A stretch of DNA of 64,000 nucleotides, taken from assembly GCA_964187785.1 (NCBI GenBank), contig OZ076409.1:15440001-15504000 (forward strand), written 5' to 3'. Below, one piece after another: positions 25,601 to 35,800 of the stretch. The position numbers were made by a program, and so were the translations under genes. The notes below the pieces were generated by a model that worked only from the letters and a program-made list of their open reading frames with translations, was not told where the DNA came from and searched no databases. Numbering within the stretch: position 1 is the stretch's first letter; each line of letters opens with the position of its first letter. The DNA comes from Amphiscolops sp. MND2022 (Eukaryota).

Positions 25601-27776
25601 AACCAGCAAAAAATGGGTTGAACGAAAAGTAAACACTGGAACAATTGGCAGAATCAATGTTGTTTCGCCAGCAGCTGGAGATGTCTTTTACTTGAGAATA
25701 TTGCTCAACATGGAGCATTGCACAGGTTTGTTAATTTGATACGTCATTGTTTGTCTTCGGGTTTCTCACTAACAAATTCTGTTCAGGTAAAAAAAGCTTT
25801 GATCACTTGCTTGAAGTAAACGGGACAAAATACAGCAGCTTCCAAGAAGTTTGTCGAGTCCTTGGTTTGCTGAAAGACGACAATGAGTGGATGCATCTTT
25901 TAACCGAAGCCGCATTCACCAACACCAGCGCAAAAATGCGGCAACTTTTTATTATATTGCTCATGTTTTGTGAAGTCAGCAACCCGTTAGAACTTTTTGA
26001 ATTGCACTATCTATCCATGTGTGAAGATTTTCCTGAAAGCCAATGTGAACTTGATCGTAGATCTTGGGTCCTCCTCCAGTTGCAAAAGTATCTTCATGCA
26101 TTCGAAAAGTCATTAGTTGATTTTGGTTTTACATTACCAACGGAAATGCACTCTGTGAATCAGGACTGCAATTATCGTTTTGATGAAGAAAGGGTACGAA
26201 GAACTCAACTGAACCAATCAGAAATAAGTCGAAGTGTTGCTCAGTTGAATAGTGAACAAAGAGTGTTCTTTGACACAGTTGTGGGGTCCTTGATTCCTGA
26301 CAGCCAGTGTCGTTGTTTTTTTCTAGATGCCCCTGGTGGCACAGGAAAGACATTCACTCTGAATGTCCTTTTGGCTACTATTCGTTCAAATGGCAATAAC
26401 GCAATAGCTGTGGCGACCAGTGGTATTGCAGCTGCCTTACTTGATGGTGGTAGAACATTCCACTCGAAACTGAAGTGCCCATTGAAGGTCGACAACGACA
26501 CTCATCTCTCAATTCCTGCACAGTCTGATCTAGCTGATTACATAAGGTCTGTTAAAGTTATAGTTTGGGATGAAGCTCCAATGGCAAACAAGCAGTTGTT
26601 AGAGTGCTTGGACAGAAGTCTTCGTGATATCAATTGCAACAATGATCCCTTCGGTGGCAAAGTAGTGGTGCTAACTGGTGACTTCAGACAGGTTTTGCCA
26701 GTTTTGAAAGGAGGTTCCAGGGCCCAAATTGTGGGTGCAGCTTTGAAAAATTCTTCTCTATGGTGCCTCTTCAAGACGTTTCAGCTGACTAAAAACATGC
26801 GTCTGCGTGCGACTAACCTTTATTTTGGGCAATGGCTGCTCAAAGTGGGAAACGGCGAAGTCGAAGTTGACTTGGAAGGCCGACTGAGAATTCTACCTTC
26901 GCTGGTACTTCCCACAAGACCATCTATGTCCAAACACGATCGTGCTGAAGTTATTGCTGACTGGGCTTTTGGCACTGACGTGAGTATCAGTTTTTATTAG
27001 GAAGCTTTTCTATTATCTGATTAAAAAATTTTCATGATGTTTCTTCAGTCTCCATCAACTGCAACTCCGCGATGCAGAACGGTCATTTTGTGTACTACCA
27101 ATAAGTCAGCAGAATTCATTAACAGCAAAGTTATTCAGAAAATGCCAGGTTTGTTCTGAAAGTTTGAAAGATTTGGATTGAATCGGTTAGGTATGGTTTT
27201 ACCTTTTATACATTTTTAGGCCAATTCTTCGAATGCCGAAGCGCTGATAGAACACTGGAAGTAGCGGACCAATGTAGATTTCCCGTGGAATATCTCAACA
27301 CATTGAATCCATCTGGTCTTCCACCACATACGTTACAACTGAAACCAGGTTGTTTGATCATTTTGCTGCGTAATCTTAACCCATCTCTCGGTTTGTGTAA
27401 CGGAGCGAGGTTGATTCTAATCACAATAAGCAGACATAGTTACCTCGAAGCTACTTCGATTGGTGGAAACCTTTCTGGGTCGGACGTGTTGATACCACGT
27501 ATCGATTTGACTACAGAACAAGACTTCGACATGCCAGTAACTTGGGTTAGAAGACAATTTCCCATACGTCCCGCATTCGCAATGACAATCAACAAAAGTC
27601 AGGGTCAAACTTTTGACAAAGTTGGTTTGTACTTAGAAGAACCTGTATTTTCTCATGGTCAATTGTATGTTGCTTTGTCCCGATGTTCATCTGCTGCCAA
27701 CCTTAGATTACTTTTACCACCCAAAGATGATGGCACTTTTTGGATGAAAAACGTAGTTTACAAAGAAATTTTTTGA
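22656..27776 (+). CDS. Helitron RepHel protein (AT-hook, Cys/Zn motif, HUH Rep endonuclease, Pif1 helicase); 10 exons, 1429 aa
   Basis: Exons 22656-22682, 22755-23369, 23435-23757, 23918-24223, 24289-24482, 24565-25091, 25278-25725, 25787-26979, 27049-27148 and 27220-27776 join through GT-AG introns into 4290 nt in one frame. Motifs: RRSRGRPRS, CPHC...CC, PDLFITFTCNPKW, VEFQKRGLPHAH, DAPGGTGKT, VWDEAPM, GDFRQVLPV, FAMTINKSQGQT, HGQLYVALSR. Start codon is tentative. Confidence 0.93.
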
Positions 27777-28101
27777 ATATCAGTCTCTTTTAAAAAGCAC
27801 CCAAGCTAGCCACTGGTAGTTTAGGGGAGTAAAATCAAAGGACAAGATTAGATGTTTTGAAAATCCAACACATGTATTTTGTGCTCTAATCAACTTTTTT
27901 GTGCTCTAATCAACAGTGGATAACGTTGTGCTATTCTGGTAACTTTGTGTTCGAGCTCTAACGTGGACTTCGATCCGCACTTGAGTTGATAGAGTCTTAT
28001 GGCTTCACCCAACTTGGTTGTTTAATTTGACAATTACCATACAAGGCAAAAGTCGGGGAAAACTTTCATTCCGATTTATATCAATTAAACCCCTTTAAAT
28101 A

Positions 28102-28130
28102 GCCGCCGTAGGCGGCAACGGGTCTGCTAG
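28102..28130 (+). other. Helitron 3' terminal hairpin and CTAG
   Basis: gccgccgtaggcggc aacgggtctg ctag|t. Confidence 0.9.
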
Positions 28131-28690
28131 TCAGGCTAAAAGCAAAGAGTCAATTTTTGGAGCGCGAGACTCCTATCTGCGGTACGGACTTACCATTACC
28201 AGCCAAAAACTTGTTTTGAGGAGAAATTCTCATGAAAAGACGACGTTTCAAGTTATTGACATCTGATGAAACAAAAATATTCCAGAAAAATTGTGAGAAA
28301 GCAAAATTTTGACTCTATTACGAAAATGTATGCTGAAAAGCATAAATTAGTAAGCTTAAAAATGAAATTCCATGTATTATCAAAAGTCGACTCAGGAGTG
28401 TGAAAAACACGTTTTAGGGGTAATTTTGGGCCCTCTTTCCAATGCCGTTGTCCGTTTTTTGCTATCTGTTCATTTTGACCCCTTTTGCAAAACTGTCACC
28501 GAAGTTAAACCACATTTTGTGAAAATAGTAAAAATGACATAACTCAATGAAAATTCAAGTGATGGCGGCGAAAATTTCAGCATGGGGGTTTTTTTGGACG
28601 CTCTTTCTAATGGCGTTGTCCGTTTTTTGCTATCTTTTCAATTTGACCCCTTTTGCAAAACTGTCACCGAAGTTAAACCACATTTCTGAC

Positions 28691-28696
28691 AAAAAA
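28691..28696 (-). terminator. Pol III terminator (T6) of 5S gene; also at 31234-31239
   Basis: aaaaaa on + strand directly adjoining the 5S 3' end. Confidence 0.8.
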
Positions 28697-28814
28697 GGCT
28701 ACAACACCTGGTGTTCCCAAGCGGTCTCCCATCCAAGTACTAACCAGGCCCTATGTTGTTTAACTTCGGTGATCGGACGAGAACCGGTGCATTCAACATG
28801 GTATGGTCGTAGCC
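28695..28814 (-). rRNA. 5S rRNA
   Basis: Minus strand reads GGCTACGACCATACCATGTTGAATGCACCGGTTCTCGTCCGATCACCGAAGTTAAAC...AGTACTTGGATGGGAGACCGCTTGGGAACACCAGGTGTTGTAGCCTT; stem I GGCTACGAC/GTTGTAGCC; box C intact. Confidence 0.97.
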
Positions 28815-28835
28815 GATCATTGTAAAATCAATAGC

Positions 28836-28841
28836 TTTATA
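28836..28841 (-). promoter_or_regulatory. TATAAA element at -22 to -27 of the 5S gene; also at 31379-31384
   Basis: tttata on + strand, at the position typical of 5S upstream TATA-like elements. Confidence 0.55.
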
Positions 28842-29042
28842 TGCTTAACAACAAAATTACGTACAATGATACGAAAATTTTCTCGGTCAAAATACGCGTA
28901 ACTTTTAAGTTAGTGCAGACTAGCTTGTTCCTTGTTCAAAAAATTGGGCAGCAGACCACTTTCGCAGTCTGCTTTCAAATAAAACTTATCAATAGGGTTG
29001 GAATACTTACCTATTTAATAAGTTTATCACAACAATTAGGCT

Positions 29043-30662
29043 TTTAAAGATTGTATTGGACCTTTTAATGTATAAATCAAATAGTCTTTATAGTAAGTCT
29101 AAGTACAAATTGTATAAAAGATATAAACGGTATAAAAGGTGTACAGAGTACTGTATAAGAGTATGAAAAAGTACTGAGTGAAAAATTGAAGCTTGTTTGA
29201 AAGTTCAGGCAAAAAAGAACGTTGTTTTTTTGAAGAAATTAGTATAATGTAGTCTTGAGTATGTGGGGTAAAAGTGATGTTTGCTCCTGGATGGAGTTAT
29301 TGGATCAAACTGTTTTTTGGCTTTTTTAATAGCATGGTATTGAACTTTAAAAGACTTGGGATTTGAGGGTGTAGCATATCAAGGAGTGGGTTTTGAGTTA
29401 TTTGTGTTTGTTACAAAAAATAGCATCAATCTTGTTTTTCAAATGGGATAAAGTCATATCTAACTTTTCCTTGGAGATTTACTAAATAAATGATGTTCTC
29501 GGGTTTGTAAAAGAAGGCATCCAGTCTTCCTTTGATGTATTTGAAGGCATCGTAGTTGGCGATCTTTGAAGAGGAGGTTCGGCTTCTCCACTCTTTGTCT
29601 TCAAACATCTCTTGTTGTGCTGATTCCGATAGTTTTTGGACATATCTTAGTTGGTTAACAACAACTTTTTTATCGTTAATGATGTTGATATCACCTCCTT
29701 TGTGATCACATTCTGCTAGTTTAGGATATTTTGATTCCATTCTGTTGACAGTTTGAATAATTTCGTTGTCCACATCGAGGTAAAACGGTAAAAAAGCAAA
29801 ATCGGGATCCACTTTCGTGGCTTTGTTTTCAGGTTCATCAGCTGACTCCTCCTCCTCCTCAGAAGGTATTGGCTCAGTATCTTCTTTGCTAAGATTGTTT
29901 TTTTGTGTAGAGTGATGTTTGCATTGCTTCTTATGATGGCCCATAAATTGGCGTTTTCCTTCGTTACAATTCTCACATTGTAACAAGGTTTGAATGTAAC
30001 ATTTGAAGGGAATTTCATTAGTAACAAACTGGTTCAAAAAGGCTTGTTGGTTCCATGATTTGATGTTTTCTAATTGGCATTGATTGGCAATCTCTATTTC
30101 AGCATAACAGATTCCAGTAAAGGCTTCGATGTCGTCAGAAATTCTTACTCTTTGGTGGCGTAATTTGGAAATTTTGTACTCTTGCAGATTACAAGCCTCC
30201 ACAATCTCTCCATCTTCTAAAAAGTGTGGTAAATTGCGGAATTTCAAAGTGAATTGCTTTGGGTAGGAGTTAGAATTTACATCACTGTTTTGGAATGCAT
30301 AAATTATCCGGTTTTTGTAAGGAATTCCTTTAAGAAGTAGGTTTTTGAAGTCGTTTTCTATCGAGTTTGGAGCAATAATTTTGATGCATTCAAGCTTCTT
30401 TTCATGCTCATGCGCTGGCGCATGTTTGGACACGTACGATTTAATGCATGTCACGCTGTCAATATGAGTAGGCGATAAAGCATGTAAAAGCTTGCAAAGG
30501 AATTCTTTGTAAACAGCTTTCTTTATGTTTGGGCTGGTAATTTCTTCTTTTGTGTAAGGAATGATGAATTCTGCTGTCAATAAAGGCATTGTTCAGGTAA
30601 TTTTCGTCTTCTCTGCCGCAGCAGTGAGAGTAGAGTTAGCAAATAATCGCTGACACACGCAG
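29043..30662 (-). mobile_element. Non-autonomous ORF1-only non-LTR retroelement (L1/Tx1-like) in the 5S spacer
   Basis: Flanked by perfect 18-bp direct repeat TATCACAACAATTAGGCT (29025-29042 and 30663-30680); 73-nt 5' UTR, single ORF, 3' UTR with ATTAAA ending ...CTTTAAA. Confidence 0.8.
29426..30589 (-). CDS. L1/Tx1-type ORF1 protein (RRM-like region, CCHC-variant knuckle, acidic linker), 387 aa, intronless
   Basis: FTLKFRNLPHFLEDGEIVEAC...FTGICYAEIEI resembles the Tx1 ORF1 RRM; CENC-x9-H-x4-C knuckle; no RT or endonuclease motifs. Confidence 0.72.
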   Translation of the reverse strand: MPLLTAEFIIPYTKEEITSPNIKKAVYKEFLCKLLHALSPTHIDSVTCIKSYVSKHAPAHEHEKKLECIKIIAPNSIENDFKNLLLKGIPYKNRIIYAFQNSDVNSNSYPKQFTLKFRNLPHFLEDGEIVEACNLQEYKISKLRHQRVRISDDIEAFTGICYAEIEIANQCQLENIKSWNQQAFLNQFVTNEIPFKCYIQTLLQCENCNEGKRQFMGHHKKQCKHHSTQKNNLSKEDTEPIPSEEEEESADEPENKATKVDPDFAFLPFYLDVDNEIIQTVNRMESKYPKLAECDHKGGDINIINDKKVVVNQLRYVQKLSESAQQEMFEDKEWRSRTSSSKIANYDAFKYIKGRLDAFFYKPENIIYLVNLQGKVRYDFIPFEKQD

Positions 30663-31237
30663 TATCACAACAATTAGGCTAAAAGCAAAGAGTCAATTTT
30701 TGGAGCGCGAGACTCCTATCTGCGGTACGGACTTACCATTACCAGCCAACAACTTGTTTTGAGGAGAAATTCTCATGAAAAGACGACGTTTCAAGTTATT
30801 GACATCTGATGAAACAAAAATATTCCAGAAAAATTGTGAGAAAGCAAAATTTTGACTCTATTACGAAAATGTATGCTGAAAAGCATAAATTAGTAAGCTT
30901 AAAAATGAAATTCCATGTATTATCAAAAGTCGACTCAGGAGTGTGAAAAACACGTTTTAGGGGTAATTTTGGGCCCTCTTTCCAATGCCGTTGTCCGTTT
31001 TTTGCTATCTGTTCATTTTGACCCCTTTTGCAAAACTGTCACCGAAGTTAAACCACATTTTGTGAAAATAGTAAAAATGACATAACTCAATGAAAATTCA
31101 AGTGATGGCGGCGAAAATTTCAGCATGGGGGTTTTTTTGGACGCTCTTTCTAATGGCGTTGTCCGTTTTTTGCTATCTTTTCAATTTGACCCCTTTTGCA
31201 AAACTGTCACCGAAGTTAAACCACATTTCTGACAAAA

Positions 31238-31357
31238 AAGGCTACAACACCTGGTGTTCCCAAGCGGTCTCCCATCCAAGTACTAACCAGGCCCTATGTT
31301 GTTTAACTTCGGTGATCGGACGAGAACCGGTGCATTCAACATGGTATGGTCGTAGCC
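31238..31357 (-). rRNA. 5S rRNA (copy 2)
   Basis: Same sequence as 28695-28814. Confidence 0.97.
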
Positions 31358-31585
31358 GATCATTGTAAAATCAATAGCTTTATATGCTTAACAACAAAAT
31401 TACGTACAATGATACGAAAATTTTCTCGGTCAAAATACGCGTAACTTTTAAGTTAGTGCAGACTAGCTTGTTCCTTGTTCAAAAAATTGGGCAGCAGACC
31501 ACTTTCGCAGTCTGCTTTCAAATAAAACTTATCAATAGGGTTGGAATACTTACCTATTTAATAAGTTTATCACAACAATTAGGCT

Positions 31586-32618
31586 TTTAAAGATTGTATT
31601 GGACCTTTTAATGTATAAATCAAATAGTCTTTATAGTAAGTCTAAGTATAAATTGTATAAAAGATATAAACGGTATAAAAGGTGTACAGAGTACTGTATA
31701 AGAGTATGAAAAAGTACTGAGTGAAAAATGGAAGCTTGTTTGAAAGTTCAAGCAAAAAAGAACGTTGTTTTTTTGAAGAAATTAGTATAATGTAGTCTTG
31801 AGTATGTGGGGTAAAAGTGATGTTTGCTCCTGGATGGAGTTATTGGATCAAACTGTTTTTTGGCTTTTTTAATAGCATGGTATTGAACTTTAAAAGACTT
31901 GGGATTTGAGGGTGTAGCATATCAAGGAGTGGGTTTTGAGTTATTTGTGTTTGTTACAAAAAATAGCATCAATCTTGTCTTTCAAATGGGATAAAGTCAT
32001 ATCTAACTTTTCCTTGGAGATTTACTAAATAAATGATGTTCTCGGGTTTGTAAAAGAAGGCATCCAGTCTTCCTTTGATGTATTTGAAGGCATCGTAGTT
32101 GGCGATCTTTGAAGAGGAGGTTCGGCTTCTCCACTCTTTGTCTTCAAACATCTCTTGTTGTACTGATTCCGATAGTTTTTGGACATATCTTAGTTGGTTA
32201 ACAACAACTTTTTTATCGTTAATGATGTTGATATCACCTCCTTTCTGATCACATTCTGCTAGTTTAGGATATTTTGATTCCATTCTGTTGACAGTTTGAA
32301 TAATTTCGTTGTCCACATCGAGGTAAAACGGTAAAAAAGCAAAATCGGGATCCACTTTCGTGGCTTTGTTTTCAGGTTCATCAGCTGACTCCTCCTCCTC
32401 CTCAGAAGGTATTGGCTCAGTATCTTCATTGCTAAGATTGTTTTTTTGTGTAGAGTGATGTTTGCATTGCTTCTTATGATGGCCCATAAATTGGCGTTTT
32501 CCTTCGTTACAATTCTCACATTGTAACAAGGTTTGAATGTAACATTTGAAGGGAATTTCATTAGTAACAAACTGGTTCAAAAAGGCTTGTTGGTTCCATG
32601 ATTTGATGTTTTCTAATT
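31586..32618 (-). mobile_element. Second copy of the ORF1-only element at the same spacer site, cut by the gap
   Basis: Same 3' junction next to the target motif at 31568-31585. Confidence 0.8.
31969..32618 (-). CDS. ORF1 protein copy 2, C-terminal part (N-terminus in the gap)
   Basis: Matches the C-terminal half of the 387-aa ORF with 4 amino-acid differences. Confidence 0.72.
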
Positions 32619-32818
32619 NNNNNNNNNNNNNNNNNNNNNNNNNNNNNNNNNNNNNNNNNNNNNNNNNNNNNNNNNNNNNNNNNNNNNNNNNNNNNNNNNN
32701 NNNNNNNNNNNNNNNNNNNNNNNNNNNNNNNNNNNNNNNNNNNNNNNNNNNNNNNNNNNNNNNNNNNNNNNNNNNNNNNNNNNNNNNNNNNNNNNNNNNN
32801 NNNNNNNNNNNNNNNNNN
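32619..32818. other. Assembly gap (200 N)
   Basis: Run of N; true size unknown. Confidence 1.
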
Positions 32819-35800
32819 CCATCTTCTTCATGATGATATATTTTTCAGATTGACTCCTGAGTTAGACCGATTCTTCAATGCAAAAGATGCTGAATTCGCT
32901 AATCCTAACTTTCTCACCACTCTTATTCCACAGTTGATGCTTCCTTAAATGGTTTAGGTATAAAAATATTTCATTCAAACAAAATGCAAGTTATCTCTTA
33001 TAACTCCGGTTTTTACCAATTCAAAAACAAAAACATTCCACCTCCCACCACCGAGAACTCTGTGCTATAACTTTTACAATCACCACATCTGAGTCTATTA
33101 TTATTGATTCACAACATCCTACAATTTTTTTCACTGATCATATCCATATTTTATTTCTTTTCACCCGCAAAAGAAATCTTACACTGCGGTACTATAAAGT
33201 TCAAACGGTAATAACAAACTTTTGAAACATTCGAATCTTTCATATTGGGGGTACTAGTTGAACTGTTGATGATATGGTCAGTAGAAGTTTCTCAACAGTT
33301 ACAAACAAAACATGTCCCTTTTAACGGAAACCTCTACCGCCACGTATTGAAGTTACACAGTTACGAACAAACAACTCTTTATATTGAGTGCATTAACTAA
33401 GGAAATATGAAACAAAAGTTTTCCGACTCGATAAAAAAAGATTCACACCAAACCCCTGCTGGTTACGGTGATGATCAATTCACACTTCGAATCGAAGATA
33501 AGGTAACACCGTTACATACACTGCACTTGATTCCTTTTCATTTCAATTTTTTTATCTTCTTGAACAAAAATAAGAAACCCATTATAAACAAAGTCAACAC
33601 TTGATTTCAACAAAACCCATTATATTACGAAACTGACTCATATGAAGACGATGATCCGGTTTGTAAGCGAAGTCCACAACAAAGTCTCACATCAACTGAA
33701 GCTCCTCCTATTTTGAATCATCATCCAATGAAGTTTAACACCAAAATCATCAAGAGCCTCATCCTTCTCAAGAAATAGTAACATCCTAAAATTCCTTCAT
33801 CAAGCTCCGAAATAAATTTTAAAACAATTACTATTACTCAAACAAACTCCTTTTAAAACCAACTCCACTCAATTTTTATCAAGGTTTGACCCATACTTCT
33901 TTGCTCATTTCAAATAATGTTTCAAACTTCTTCCATCTCGGACACACAGTCTGAAAAATACCTATTCTTTCACAGTCTCAAAATTTGTTTAGGTTGATTT
34001 TGATAGAACCCATTCCCATAGACAGTCCGGTGAAAAACGTTCGATGAAAAATATCTATCTTCATGCACTTCATTACATACCACACCTACTGTTTTGGTTA
34101 TCCACCTTTATTCATGATTGCGTTGAATATCAAACAAATAAACACTTCCCATTACACGTAATAAAATTTCTCTTCCCTCGCCATTTTTAGAAAACACCAC
34201 TCATTTTAATTACAGAATCTCAATGATGGATACAAAAGGACCTTTATCTCACTAACGCGTCAAAGGACTCTTGTTTTTTGTAAACATCAACGCTTCCAGT
34301 CATTTTGTCGTCACGAACTCAACACCTCAATTTTTTTTCCAAATTTGCAGTACAAACATTCCCAAAACATTTTATCACTAAACTTGGCCCCCATCAAAAC
34401 CTAGTAACAGATAGAGGGACTGAAAGATTTGGTCAAGGTATGGCACAGCTTTGCTCTCTTTTCAATATCAATCATACTCCACGCACTCCATATTCTCCTT
34501 CACCAAACCATTTAGGTGAAGTTCACAACTGTAACCTTGGAATCTATTTACGTTTATTTTTGCAAAACCCTCTTACCAATTGGTCAATTCAAACTTAAAT
34601 GTAAGCTTATGCACACAACTCTACCCCTCTTTTTGAACCTAAACTTTTTCATATCAAAATGTTTTTCACACATCCTCGTATTTCGGTAACCTTTTCTCTT
34701 AAGCTTGTACGTACTTCGTCAAATATAATATTGCTAGATAGTGACCCACTTCTTGATGATGATTATTATAGTGATCAAGATCTCAATACTTTCTTTCATT
34801 TCCCCATCAGTAAACCTATCTCTTCATGGCTTTTATCAGCAGAACAAGAAATGTTAAGAATATATTCTACTGTTCATCGCCATCTAACTGAAGAAAAAAC
34901 TCAAAAATTTCCTCATTTGAGGCGTTTCAATCTAAACAACTCTTCGCCAACACCTTTGTTTTTCATACCAGTTATGAAGCTGTTAAATTTTAAATCAAGC
35001 TCGAACTTCTTCGATTTGGCCTCAATGAAAGACCTAAACAACCTTCTGATATAACTAATGAACTTATGGCTTAGGATGGCTCTACACTCCATTGAAACCA
35101 TATTTTACCATATTATCCCAAGGAACCTCTCATCGTCCCAAATATTCATCAATTTCATTCAAAACCGTCTCTTATCAACAACCCTGATACTGGCTTTTAC
35201 CTAGACGATTTGTCGAGACGTTGACTATAGTCAACCTAAACCGCCTGCACCCCTCCAATTGAACACTTCGATTGAAATAATTCCTCAATATTGAGATTTT
35301 TTACACTCACCTCGTAACTATTAGAAATGTTCTGATCCTGATCTCACAAAAGACATCTTAAAGACCAGTTTTGACTCACTCGATTCACATTTTAAAAAGC
35401 TCCAAAGTCCAATATGTAAACCTACTTCTTCTGATACAGCACCTTATCCTTCTAAAAAACTCCTTCTTTTCCAACAAATCTACCCAAGCAGTCCTGATTC
35501 TCCAGAATTTAATCTTAAGCACTTACAGGATAATCAAACACAACTCACTCACTTTAGAGCTCCTCATTCACCCTATAGGTTACGGTCACTCACACGGAAA
35601 ACTTATAACTAATCCCAACATGGTTTCAGTTTCTCTCTTTTAAAAACAAATCAAACACTACTTGCATTACAATATCTGACATGAATTATCATTGCACATT
35701 GTCTAGACACATCATTACGCTCACATCTAGCCTTTCATAGGACCATTTTACCATCATTTGATTATAGACTTCTGAGTGCGCAGTCGACTAATCAATCTTT

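Larger units (their letters stand above)
6912..28130 (+). mobile_element. Helitron rolling-circle transposon, ~21.2 kb, with RepHel gene
   Basis: 3' end: GCCGCC-GTA-GGCGGC hairpin (28102-28116), 10 nt, CTAG (28127-28130), then T. RepHel gene inside. 5' end inferred at TTATACATATATAAAGGGAG, where homology with the sibling copy breaks; it resembles TC-TATA-rich Helitron 5' termini but lacks the TC. gctctaatcaacagtggata occurs near both ends (~7070 and ~27903). 3' boundary firm, 5' boundary less so. Confidence 0.8.
28131..32618. repeat. 5S rDNA tandem array, 2543-bp units (905-bp basic unit + 1620-bp insertion + 18-bp TSD), running into the gap
   Basis: Offset 2543 (ORFs 28547/31090 and 29426/31969). 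Confidence 0.92.

Noticed and set aside
23513..27608. Minus-strand ORFs over RepHel
   Set aside because: Antisense shadows of coding exons.
1..28130. 15.8-kb-offset duplication as the LTR pair of a retrotransposon
   Set aside because: No gag/pol between the copies and no TG...CA ends; the second copy continues directly into RepHel.
28547..29047. 92-aa and 68-aa ORFs in the 5S unit (also 31090-31590)
   Set aside because: Antisense to the 5S gene or within spacer; no protein features.
29426..30589. 387-aa ORF as an ordinary host gene linked to 5S
   Set aside because: Intronless in an intron-rich genome, bounded by an 18-bp direct repeat and carrying ORF1-like motifs; a retroelement origin fits better, though domestication is not excluded.
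32546..32833. ORFs spanning the N run, and adjacency of the 5S array to the Gypsy remnant
   Set aside because: Gap artefacts; true distance across the gap is unknown.
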